Positions 18,422-26,189 of a DNA stretch of 49,850 nucleotides are shown here, one piece after another (the stretch's first letter is position 1; each line of letters opens with the position of its first letter). A program made the position numbers and the translations under genes. Below the pieces are notes generated by a model. It was not told where the DNA came from, did no database searches, and saw only the letters and a program-made list of their open reading frames with translations. The DNA is from an uncultured Desulfobacteraceae bacterium (GTDB lineage Bacteria; Desulfobacterota; Desulfobacteria; Desulfobacterales; UBA11574), in NCBI GenBank assembly GCA_964502855.1, contig CAZDAB010000001.1, positions 1 to 49,850 of the forward strand, read 5' to 3'.

Positions 18422-19330
18422 ATGATGAATAGACCGGTTATTGTTATGCAGCTTATTCATATTGAGGGGCCTTTGAAAGGCGAAATCCAGGAATTTTCTA
18501 ATCCTGAAATCTCCATTGGAAGGCATCCGTCCTGTCACATTCAGTTTCCCAAAGACGTAAAAATTGTTTCCCGAAAACATGCCCAGATTATCCGGGAGGG
18601 GAATCGGTTTAAACTGATTAATCATAGCCAAAACGGAACATTTTTAAACGGAAAAAGAATCCCGGAAGCGTATTTAAAAGACGGGGACGTGCTGATTTTT
18701 GCCCAAGGCGGGCCAAAGGTTAGTTTTTTAACAAAAATTGAAGCGGGTCAGACGGATATCGATATCGTAACACCCGTTACACCGGTGCCACCTCAGATGC
18801 CTCCGGAAATGCCTCCGGCAGTCCCCTCTGCTGAACCGCCCCCGGTGCCGCCGATCCAACCAAAACCACAGCCTGCTCCTGAAATTTCCATTCAAAAAAT
18901 ACAGGTTCCGCTCATTATACAATACGGCCCTACGCTCCGGTCCTTTAATGAACTGCCCGTTACCATCGGAAAAGGCCCGGGCTGCGATTTTATTCTGGAT
19001 CACCCTTCAGTTTTCGATCAACATGCCCAGCTATTTTTCAGCCAGAATCGATACTGGGTAAAAGACCTTACCGGCCGTCAGTCTGTGTCCATTAACGACC
19101 AGCCAATCAATATTAAATCACCCCTCAATCCCAACAACCAGTTGGCATTGAGTCCACAGGGACCCAGGTTTCGGTTTTTGGAAGGGGGCCGGTTGGCTGA
19201 GATTGAAGAAACTGTCTCCGAATCTCCGGTGGATGAGGCGCCTGTGGAAAAGAAATCCTCACTCCAGACAAAACCCAAAATGGATGGGGCTAAAAAGCCG
19301 GGGTCAATTTTTAAAAAATTATTCTCTTGA
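18422..19330 (+). CDS. cytoplasmic protein with two FHA domains separated by a proline-rich linker
   Basis: FHA1: ISIGRHPSCHIQFPKDVKIVSRKHAQIIREGNRFKLINHSQNGTFLNGKRI. FHA2: VTIGKGPGCDFILDHPSVFDQHAQLFFSQNRYWVKDLTGRQSVSINDQPI. Linker: PVTPVPPQMPPEMPPAVPSAEPPPVPPIQPKPQPAP. Confidence 0.85.
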   Translation: MMNRPVIVMQLIHIEGPLKGEIQEFSNPEISIGRHPSCHIQFPKDVKIVSRKHAQIIREGNRFKLINHSQNGTFLNGKRIPEAYLKDGDVLIFAQGGPKVSFLTKIEAGQTDIDIVTPVTPVPPQMPPEMPPAVPSAEPPPVPPIQPKPQPAPEISIQKIQVPLIIQYGPTLRSFNELPVTIGKGPGCDFILDHPSVFDQHAQLFFSQNRYWVKDLTGRQSVSINDQPINIKSPLNPNNQLALSPQGPRFRFLEGGRLAEIEETVSESPVDEAPVEKKSSLQTKPKMDGAKKPGSIFKKLFS

Positions 19331-19335
19331 CAGTT

Positions 19336-20853
19336 TCAGCCTTGTAATCTCGCTTTTTCCGAAGCCAGTGGATTATCAAAATTATATCCGAACAGACGGG
19401 GATTTTCACCGATGACTGCGGCAGAGAAAATCGAAAAAACGTAATCATACGTTTGGGCGGGGATCTTATCGCGGTATTGGGAAATCAATTGCCAGAAATT
19501 TCTTTCACGCGGATTTTCGGGCATGGACTCAATCAGTTTAATCACCCGATCTTCGCCCCAATTGTAGGATGCCATTACAAGCAGCCCGGAAGCCTGGGCG
19601 TCCGTGGTATAAATATCCTTCAAGTACCTCGCGGCGGCCAGGGTTGATTTTCTAAAATCGTGGCGGTCATCATCAGGGTCGGGAATGGGTTTGTCGACCA
19701 GGGAGCCCGTATTCAAGTCATATGCCTCGGCGGTTGAAGGGATAAACTGCCACATCCCCTTGGCGATGCCGAACCGAGTTTCCGGGCCGCAGGCATTGGG
19801 GTTTAAATTGCTTTCTTGAAGGGCCAGATAAAAAAATTGCGGCGGCAGGTTATACATAGAAAGGGTCTGAACGATTGTAGGAATGTAACCTCTTGACCTT
19901 GCCCGTTTGATCGCTTGTTCCAGACGGTGGTTTGATTTCCATTTCTCGACATATTTCATGACTTCTTTGACAAATCCTTCGGGCATATTGACTTCACACT
20001 CCCCAAACCGGCGCGACACGTGCAAAATGATCCGCTCCTCCTCACTCAACCCTTTGCGGTACACGTTAAGCGTATCCACAAACCGGTCATAATTTCGTTC
20101 CAATTGCTGTTGTTTGGCCCTGAATTCTTTAATTTGCTTTTTAGACTCGGCGGTCCGGCGCTTTTTGACATCTTTTATCACCTTTCCTACCTCAATTTCC
20201 AGAGTCTTCATGTTGTAGAAAATATCAGCAGCCAGCTCGCGCTGCTGGCGCACTTGTCTATGTTTGTAAACGGCATAACCGCCGGTCAGGATGCACAAAA
20301 CCGCAATAACCGAAATAATTGAGACATACATCCACCGCTGTTTTTTTTTGACCTCGGCATAGGCTCGGCGCACCATCAGAGTATGTTCGCCAGCAGTATC
20401 ATCTGCTGTCTGGCCGAAGTAATGCTCTTTGTAGTCGCTGATCGTTCGGGAATCGGAAACAGGGGATTCGGGAACAGAGGGTTCGAGAACAGGAGGTTCG
20501 GAAACAGGAGGTTCGGAAACAGGGGGTTCTTGCAGCACGGCTTTTTCAAGTTCAAATATAAGGCCAGGCCCGGAAATACCCAAGCGGACGCGGATAGTAC
20601 CGGATAGCGGAAACCGGTCAATTTTGCGGTCTTCGATAAACACCCCGTTACCACTTTCCAGATCTTGAATCCACCAGCGGCCGTCTTCTTTAAACACATC
20701 CGCATGATACCGGCTGACCCCTTTGTTTTTGATCTGCAACTGACAGCTTGAATGCCTTCCGATGCGAAACCGATCTGTAAAAACAAATTCAGTGACAGCA
20801 GCCAATCCGCTTTCAATTCTAACCTTCAGTGTCGGGGCGTCGGAAGATCCCAT
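19336..20853 (-). CDS. FHA domain - single TM helix - SLT-type lytic transglycosylase fusion protein
   Basis: N-terminal FHA (FRIGRHSSCQLQIKNKGVSRYHADVFKEDGRWWIQDLESGNGVFIEDRKI). TM helix WMYVSIISVIAVLCILTGGYAVY. C-terminal SLT motifs LALQESNLNPNA, GIAKGMWQFIPSTA and MASYNWGEDRV. Confidence 0.85.
   Translation of the reverse strand: MGSSDAPTLKVRIESGLAAVTEFVFTDRFRIGRHSSCQLQIKNKGVSRYHADVFKEDGRWWIQDLESGNGVFIEDRKIDRFPLSGTIRVRLGISGPGLIFELEKAVLQEPPVSEPPVSEPPVLEPSVPESPVSDSRTISDYKEHYFGQTADDTAGEHTLMVRRAYAEVKKKQRWMYVSIISVIAVLCILTGGYAVYKHRQVRQQRELAADIFYNMKTLEIEVGKVIKDVKKRRTAESKKQIKEFRAKQQQLERNYDRFVDTLNVYRKGLSEEERIILHVSRRFGECEVNMPEGFVKEVMKYVEKWKSNHRLEQAIKRARSRGYIPTIVQTLSMYNLPPQFFYLALQESNLNPNACGPETRFGIAKGMWQFIPSTAEAYDLNTGSLVDKPIPDPDDDRHDFRKSTLAAARYLKDIYTTDAQASGLLVMASYNWGEDRVIKLIESMPENPRERNFWQLISQYRDKIPAQTYDYVFSIFSAAVIGENPRLFGYNFDNPLASEKARLQG
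20451..20529. repeat. in-frame 15-bp tandem repeat (~5.3 copies) encoding (E)PPVS repeats in the FHA-SLT linker
   Basis: Units aatcggaaacagggg / attcgggaacagagg / gttcgagaacaggag / gttcggaaacaggag / gttcggaaacagggg. Protein: EPPVSEPPVSEPPVLEPSVPESPVSD. Confidence 0.85.
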
Positions 20854-21043
20854 TTTATTTATGCCTGTAACCGGATCGAGTGTTTATTTGGGGAAACCGG
20901 CTTTAAGAAAGCCTTTGGGTGAACCTTCACCGTGAAAAGGATCAGATAGCAGAAAACTTTAAAAAAGAGACCCCATAAAATCCAAACCCGGTTATTTTTG
21001 TTTAAAATGAGGATCTTTTTCCTTTGTTTTTCTATGGCCATTC

Positions 21044-21415
21044 TCAGGGGATATCGGTGGTCATCTGCCCCGGAAAAGTGATGGAGATTACGCCACCCCA
21101 TGTGCACATGCACTTGCTCGTGTCATTCAGGGCCGGCGTGTTGCCAATGAGTACGGTCGGTGAACCGGCCGCCCAGGGCGTGGCGGTCACCGGCATGCAT
21201 GGCACCGGCACCCCCAGCGCCGCTATCACGGCCGGGTTCGTGGGGGCGGAGCACATTCCGAATGGCAGAATGTTGACCACAGGGATGTAATCCATTATGT
21301 TTGCCGCAGGCTGGTTATTCACCATCACCCGGTTGACCGGCAGAACAATTAGGGACGCCGGGGCCACACCAAAGCTACACTGCATCATGGCCCCATTAAC
21401 TACCTGTTTTGGCAT
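21044..21415 (-). CDS. DUF4280 (PAAR-like) spike-tip domain protein
   Basis: MPKQVVNGAMMQCSFGVAPASLIVLP... and a C-terminal SKCMCTWGGVISI are typical of DUF4280. RBS GGAAGGAG. Located in the vgrG-adaptor neighbourhood. Confidence 0.85.
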   Translation of the reverse strand: MPKQVVNGAMMQCSFGVAPASLIVLPVNRVMVNNQPAANIMDYIPVVNILPFGMCSAPTNPAVIAALGVPVPCMPVTATPWAAGSPTVLIGNTPALNDTSKCMCTWGGVISITFPGQMTTDIP

Positions 21416-21436
21416 TGTAAAAGACTCCTTCCTATT

Positions 21437-21631
21437 TTACCGGGAATGAAAATTTATCCCGTTAAACGCAAAGCATGGCCCCCATCCTGGCCAGGCCTCG
21501 GTTCCGGCTATAAAACTACTGCCGGGTTTTAGCACAACAAGACCCGCCGGTGACCCGCCCTGTACCCTAACCAGAGGAACACGAGTCCACTCCAAGGAAG
21601 TAGAAGTAACACCCGCTATCTTCTGTCTCAC
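21437..21631 (-). CDS. possible small ORF (64 aa, GTG start) filling the gap between the DUF4123 and DUF4280 genes
   Basis: Its GTG start overlaps the DUF4123 stop as GTGA, a geometry compatible with translational coupling. It ends 21 nt before the DUF4280 start. There is no recognisable motif, so coding status is unproven. Confidence 0.25.
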   Translation of the reverse strand: MRQKIAGVTSTSLEWTRVPLVRVQGGSPAGLVVLKPGSSFIAGTEAWPGWGPCFAFNGINFHSR

Positions 21632-22173
21632 AAATTAACCGCATTCTCAATCAGTTTAGATTGCTCCGTACAAACAAATTCAATCAACTGCTTTTCATTT
21701 TTTCCTTCGGCATAGTAACGCGACACCGCACCAAACATGGTCTCGAGCTGTTCCCGATCGCATGTGGGCAAAAATACGCGCAGTACCCTCGGATCATAAT
21801 ACCTGAAAAAAAGGGTTTTTGCGTCTTCATCGGTGACCCTCAAAAAACTCCGAAAATGATTCCGCAATTTTACAAATGTTGCTGTTGATTCGGCAAATAT
21901 CCCCCAGCTCTTTCCCCACCCCTGATCCAAAAGCCATTGGGTGAACGGATCATCTTCATCAAGCTCAATCAGATATGGTGCAACAGTGGCGAGTTCGCGG
22001 GCCTGTTTCCCGATAAGAAGGCAGTCCTTTTTGTTGTCGGATTCCGCCAGCTTTGGATAGATAACGTTGTCTCTCGCAGCATCCAGTATGGCATATATCT
22101 TACCCTGATCCTGTCTGTCCCTCGACCATAACATCCGCTTTACGGCATTCAAAAAATCATTCGAATCTGACAT
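21628..22173 (-). CDS. DUF4123-family T6SS effector adaptor/chaperone
   Basis: IYAILDAARD, VAPYLIELD, GKSWGIFAES and FFRYYDPRVLRVFLPTC match the DUF4123 pattern. The gene lies immediately downstream of vgrG. Confidence 0.8.
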   Translation of the reverse strand: MSDSNDFLNAVKRMLWSRDRQDQGKIYAILDAARDNVIYPKLAESDNKKDCLLIGKQARELATVAPYLIELDEDDPFTQWLLDQGWGKSWGIFAESTATFVKLRNHFRSFLRVTDEDAKTLFFRYYDPRVLRVFLPTCDREQLETMFGAVSRYYAEGKNEKQLIEFVCTEQSKLIENAVNL

Positions 22174-22227
22174 TTTTAATCCTGTTTTTTCTTTTGAGCC
22201 GGCACGGGCTCATTCGGGTTACGTCGG

Positions 22228-24306
22228 TCATGTTTCACAGAACGGCGTTCCGGATTGTGCCGCCTGATTGAAGGTTAGCGCCTGCGGGGTAAGCTCTGTT
22301 GCCTCAACCTCCGCCGGGGTTAAGCTCGGCAGTTCCGATGTTCTACCGGGTTCGGTCGTATCCGCCTCTTCCGGTTCATCGGGTGAGGCAGGGGAACACC
22401 CGGAACCGGAACCCGCAGACCCGCCGCTGTTGATCATGACCATAGCTCCCGATATGCTGACGCCGGAAGGACCAATATCTATAAAACTGCCGGAGGCTTT
22501 CAATGACACCTGCATGCCGGCTTCTATAACCACCTTAGAACCGCCTTTAATGTGGACATCCCCGTACGCATCAAGCGCATAATTCCCTCCCGCCTTTTCC
22601 AGTATGTCACCGGATTCACTCTGAATAGAAATCGTACCTGATACTTTTTCCTTATGATCCCCACTCACCGTCAGGTTCTTATCTCCATCCACCTTTTCAA
22701 GCTGGTTTTCCGTTATGATCAGGTGGCGGCTTTCGCCCACAAATTCACGGCATTTATCTTTTGCCCGGGTATCCAGCGTTTTTTCCGCTTGAATGAAAAG
22801 CTGTTCCTCGCCGGCTTTATCCTCGAACCGAATTTCATTGACTCCGCCGGTGTCCGGGACAGACATGCTTTTTATGGTTGATCGGGTCTTTTGGTCAGGC
22901 AAAGAATAAGGCGGCGTGTTGCTGCTGTTATAAACACAGCCTGTGATAATGGGCCTGTCAGGATCACTTTCAAGAAAACCCACGATCACTTCATGGCCGA
23001 TGCGGGGAAGAAATAGGGTCCCCCATCCTGCTCCGGCCCAGCTCTGGCTTACGCGAACCCAGCAGGAACTTTTCTCATTGTACTGCCTTGCCCGGTCCCA
23101 GTGGAACTGGACCTTGACCCTCCCATATCCCTCATCATCCGTATGGATTTGTTCTCCTTCGGGGCCCACGACAATAGCCGTCTGAACGCCGGCGATCATG
23201 GGTTTGGGTGTAATTAAGGACGGCCGGTATGGGACATCATGAGGGACACATGTAAAACTGTTGCCATACGTATAAGATGATTGCCCCTCCTGCCCGGAAC
23301 TTCCCGCAGTCTCAGAGGCCCTATGATTTACGCCAGTAATCACATAGGTATGGTCATTTAGTTCATCCCGAAAATGACCGGCAAGATCATACTTGTACCC
23401 GCCTGAGAAGCCTGTGCAGGTACTTGCCCCCGCAAAGGATGTCGTTCGCACCTCCTCTGCCTGCATGCGTATATTGGCCAGTCTTTCCCCCTCGGCTCGT
23501 GTCTTGTATTCTGCCGGGAAATCATATACTTCGCGCTCCCCCGGACCCAGGGGAGTTTGGCAGTTAACCCCAACCATCAAATCCGTATTCGGCGTATCCG
23601 GATTAAAGTCATTTACGGTGTATTTCCCGATTCTGATCTCCTGCCTCTTATCAAGATCGGTTATGACATCGTCCGGGGGTGTTCCTCCCACGCTTAGGGG
23701 ATGAAGCCGAACCGGCTCCGCATAAGGACAATCCGGGTGTTTATCCGGGGCATCCCCTAAAACCATGGTATGCTTCGCGTTTTCGTGTTGGAAAAAATAG
23801 AATATTCCCTCCTGCTCCAGGAGCCTGGAGACAAAATTAAAATCCGTTTCAGCGTACTGAACGCAGTATTCCTTTGGCTCGTAGCTGCCCAGATCCATCC
23901 TGAAGTCGGTAAATCCCTTTTCAGTAAAGACCTGTTCCACGATTTCAGGAACGGTTTTTTCCTGAAATACTCTCGAATTGGTCGTCTTGGTAAGCAGCCA
24001 GAACCACGGAACCAGTGTTGCCGAATAACGCGCCAGGCCAGAGTCCCCGGCGCCGCTATCTTGAGAAAAACGCGATATTAAACCGTTAAAAAATCGCGCA
24101 GTGCCCTCTTCTGTTCCAATGGCAACCGTAACATTTCCTCCGATAATCTGGTCAAATGCAATGCGACTGTTTTCTGACACAAGGCTCATTTCAAAGGAAA
24201 AAGGAACACAAAGTCCTTCGTTTCCCGAAAACCTCGTGAGCAACACAACATCATCACCCAGCGGTGTAGCAATGCGCAGCATTCGATTTTCTTGTGTAAG
24301 CGTCAT
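22228..24306 (-). CDS. vgrG: T6SS spike protein VgrG (TssI)
   Basis: gp27-like N-terminus (LRIATPLGDDVVLLTRFSGNEGLCVPFSFEMSL). gp5 OB region (WVRVSQSWAGAGWGTLFLPRIGHEVIVGFLESDPDRPIITGCVYN). Beta-helix repeats. C-terminal acidic/Pro tail ending AAQSGTPFCET. Confidence 0.95.
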   Translation of the reverse strand: MTLTQENRMLRIATPLGDDVVLLTRFSGNEGLCVPFSFEMSLVSENSRIAFDQIIGGNVTVAIGTEEGTARFFNGLISRFSQDSGAGDSGLARYSATLVPWFWLLTKTTNSRVFQEKTVPEIVEQVFTEKGFTDFRMDLGSYEPKEYCVQYAETDFNFVSRLLEQEGIFYFFQHENAKHTMVLGDAPDKHPDCPYAEPVRLHPLSVGGTPPDDVITDLDKRQEIRIGKYTVNDFNPDTPNTDLMVGVNCQTPLGPGEREVYDFPAEYKTRAEGERLANIRMQAEEVRTTSFAGASTCTGFSGGYKYDLAGHFRDELNDHTYVITGVNHRASETAGSSGQEGQSSYTYGNSFTCVPHDVPYRPSLITPKPMIAGVQTAIVVGPEGEQIHTDDEGYGRVKVQFHWDRARQYNEKSSCWVRVSQSWAGAGWGTLFLPRIGHEVIVGFLESDPDRPIITGCVYNSSNTPPYSLPDQKTRSTIKSMSVPDTGGVNEIRFEDKAGEEQLFIQAEKTLDTRAKDKCREFVGESRHLIITENQLEKVDGDKNLTVSGDHKEKVSGTISIQSESGDILEKAGGNYALDAYGDVHIKGGSKVVIEAGMQVSLKASGSFIDIGPSGVSISGAMVMINSGGSAGSGSGCSPASPDEPEEADTTEPGRTSELPSLTPAEVEATELTPQALTFNQAAQSGTPFCET

Positions 24307-24476
24307 AACATCCCACCTTTTCTTGCCAGATTAGTATTTTTCCGGCTCCGTGAAATAAGTGCCAAGACAAGGCGTGCAAATAATTACATAAATACCAATG
24401 AAACCCGTCATTGTCAATAGTATTGAAATGTTAGGGACAAATCAAATTATAGGGTGTTGAAGACAAAAAATGAGTT

Positions 24477-26045
24477 TTACACCCATGGTCCTGAGAGCTG
24501 CGTCAAAGGATCAGCCACAGATTGAAAACGCGCCAGACGGACAGTGTCCCGGTTTTTATATGAAAGAAGGGGCATTATCCCCAGGTCCAGAATCCTTTGC
24601 ATGGCCTTTTCCGTAAATACCACTTCTGCGCAGGGCTTGATCACGGATTCACCCTGTTCTTTATAGACGTGCAGGGGCAACCCTCCGATATCCTGAATCA
24701 CTCCGGGCCGAAGGTTCCAGCCGTAACGGCTGAATGCCTGTGCCAAAAGCAGAGCGCACGCAAAAGACGGATTCCCCCACAGGTAATTTTCGTGGGCCGA
24801 ACCTTCCGGCATCTCTTCAAAATCAAAATAATTCACGGGATCAGAAGCCTCTCCATAGGGGAGACGCAAAAGGAATCGCGGCAGAACAAGCCCCAGATAC
24901 GTAACATCGGGAAACCCCCTAAGCGCTTCCCATGCCTGACGGTCTTTTGCATCAACAGATCTCTTCCAGTCGTCAGAATCAGGGGTGTGAGCCAGGGAGT
25001 CACAGCCCAGGAAATGATCGTGGGCCGCGGTAATAAACGGGGCACCAGCAAGTCGCGCAATAATGGCCATGCGGCCCAGGATTTCTGCATCCTCGCGGGT
25101 TTTATCAAAGCTATAGTTACCCGCCAGCATGGCCCACGGCTCACCGCCCGGAATTCCGGTTGCCTGCTCCACAAAGAGTCTGTATGTCCCGGTTGTCTCA
25201 AGGTCATCCGACGCCCTCAGGTCGGCGGCTAGTTCGTCCTTGGATATGTCCATCAGATATACGTTGAGCAGAGCATCCGTCTCCACCCTGTTTACGAGAA
25301 AACGGAGGGCCCGCCATGCCGACTCAATGGCCTGAAAATCGGGATGATGCAAAATGGTTTGCATAAGTCCGGAGATAGAGGCATCAACCGCCGCCACCAG
25401 CTCCTCTTGCTCAGGGTCATCGCCCGGGACCAGGTGAGGGCCCACGATCTTCTGCAGGAATGCATCCCATTCCGAGGGTTGGGATACGGTTCTTGTGTCC
25501 GGCCGACGGCCTTCTGCTTCACCGACGATCTGATCGAGGAGGCTGCCCGAAACTTGACCGGACGACGCGGGTTTGGGAGGGGGCTGTTTTAAGGCGGGCC
25601 CCGGAGGTTCCGAAGTCTCGTCCGCTCCCATCCAGCTTTGAATCTCTTTTTTGGCAGACGCGTATGTGCGAAGATCATTGAGTCTTTTTCGAGTTTCCCT
25701 CAGTGTCTGGAACACGTCAAGACGCGCATATAACTGTTCGGGATGAAAATCATCCAGTTCTTGGAACCGGATGACCACGGGAGGTCCGGACTCATCCGCA
25801 AGGGATAACTGTACGTTAACACCAAGCTTTTTCATCACATCCTCGATGTTATCCCGGTCTATTTTTATGGGACGTGGCTTCTCAAATGCGGAGCCCGGAT
25901 CCACAATGCCTCGGTTGGAACGACCGCTGAAATCTCCCAGGACACAGATCCGAAACGGCGTCTCAGGTTCCGGCCGGCTTCGGGTTTCATCCATGGATGA
26001 GACCACCTTGAAATCAAGCGCTTCAAATGAAATGGGCTTTGACAT
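24477..26045 (-). CDS. single-chain TssB-like / TssC-like fused sheath paralogue that lacks the TssC C-terminal region
   Basis: The N-terminal third aligns to the canonical TssB of this locus: PFRICVLGDFSG/PFVVGVLGDLSG, IKIDRDNIEDV/VEIDRDNFDNV, IRFQELDDFHPEQ/LRFKSIDDFHPER, RKRLNDL/RKRLSDL. A Pro-rich linker follows. The remainder aligns to the canonical TssC: SLLDQIV/SLLDQIL, HHPDFQAIESAWRALRFLV/HHPDFQKLEGSWRGLKYLV, LPRFLLRLPYG/LPHILMRLPYG, NYLWGNPSFA/KYLWGNAAYA. I prefer start ATG 26045 (RBS GAGAGGTG) over the tracked 26144. Confidence 0.8.
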   Translation of the reverse strand: MSKPISFEALDFKVVSSMDETRSRPEPETPFRICVLGDFSGRSNRGIVDPGSAFEKPRPIKIDRDNIEDVMKKLGVNVQLSLADESGPPVVIRFQELDDFHPEQLYARLDVFQTLRETRKRLNDLRTYASAKKEIQSWMGADETSEPPGPALKQPPPKPASSGQVSGSLLDQIVGEAEGRRPDTRTVSQPSEWDAFLQKIVGPHLVPGDDPEQEELVAAVDASISGLMQTILHHPDFQAIESAWRALRFLVNRVETDALLNVYLMDISKDELAADLRASDDLETTGTYRLFVEQATGIPGGEPWAMLAGNYSFDKTREDAEILGRMAIIARLAGAPFITAAHDHFLGCDSLAHTPDSDDWKRSVDAKDRQAWEALRGFPDVTYLGLVLPRFLLRLPYGEASDPVNYFDFEEMPEGSAHENYLWGNPSFACALLLAQAFSRYGWNLRPGVIQDIGGLPLHVYKEQGESVIKPCAEVVFTEKAMQRILDLGIMPLLSYKNRDTVRLARFQSVADPLTQLSGPWV

Positions 26046-26189
26046 GGCAACACCTCTCAATGCGAAGAGAATATGCATTAATCCCCACATTAAATTTAAT
26101 CTTTTCATTGAATATATGGCCGTAAGCCCTATAATATCTTGCAAAACCCGGCCACTTATTATGTCCCATCCGAGTCGCCCCCTTCGTAG

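Noticed and set aside
19328-19338. Convergent gene ends only 5-7 bp apart (19330/19336 and 8753/8761) with no terminator hairpins
   Set aside because: This is noted as an oddity only. No stem-loop plus T-tract can be drawn in or near these junctions. Without transcript data, nothing further can be claimed.
24349-24364. TGGCAC hexamer on the minus strand ~55 nt upstream of the vgrG start, as a possible sigma54 -24 box
   Set aside because: The expected -12 position reads TC instead of GC (TGGCAC-TTATT-TCACG), so only half a site is present.
26139-26156. Sigma54-like element on the minus strand upstream of the sheath paralogue (TGGCCGGGTTTTGCA)
   Set aside because: The GG-to-GC offset is one nucleotide shorter than the canonical -24/-12 spacing, which sigma54 promoters rarely tolerate. 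No enhancer-binding protein gene is present in the window.
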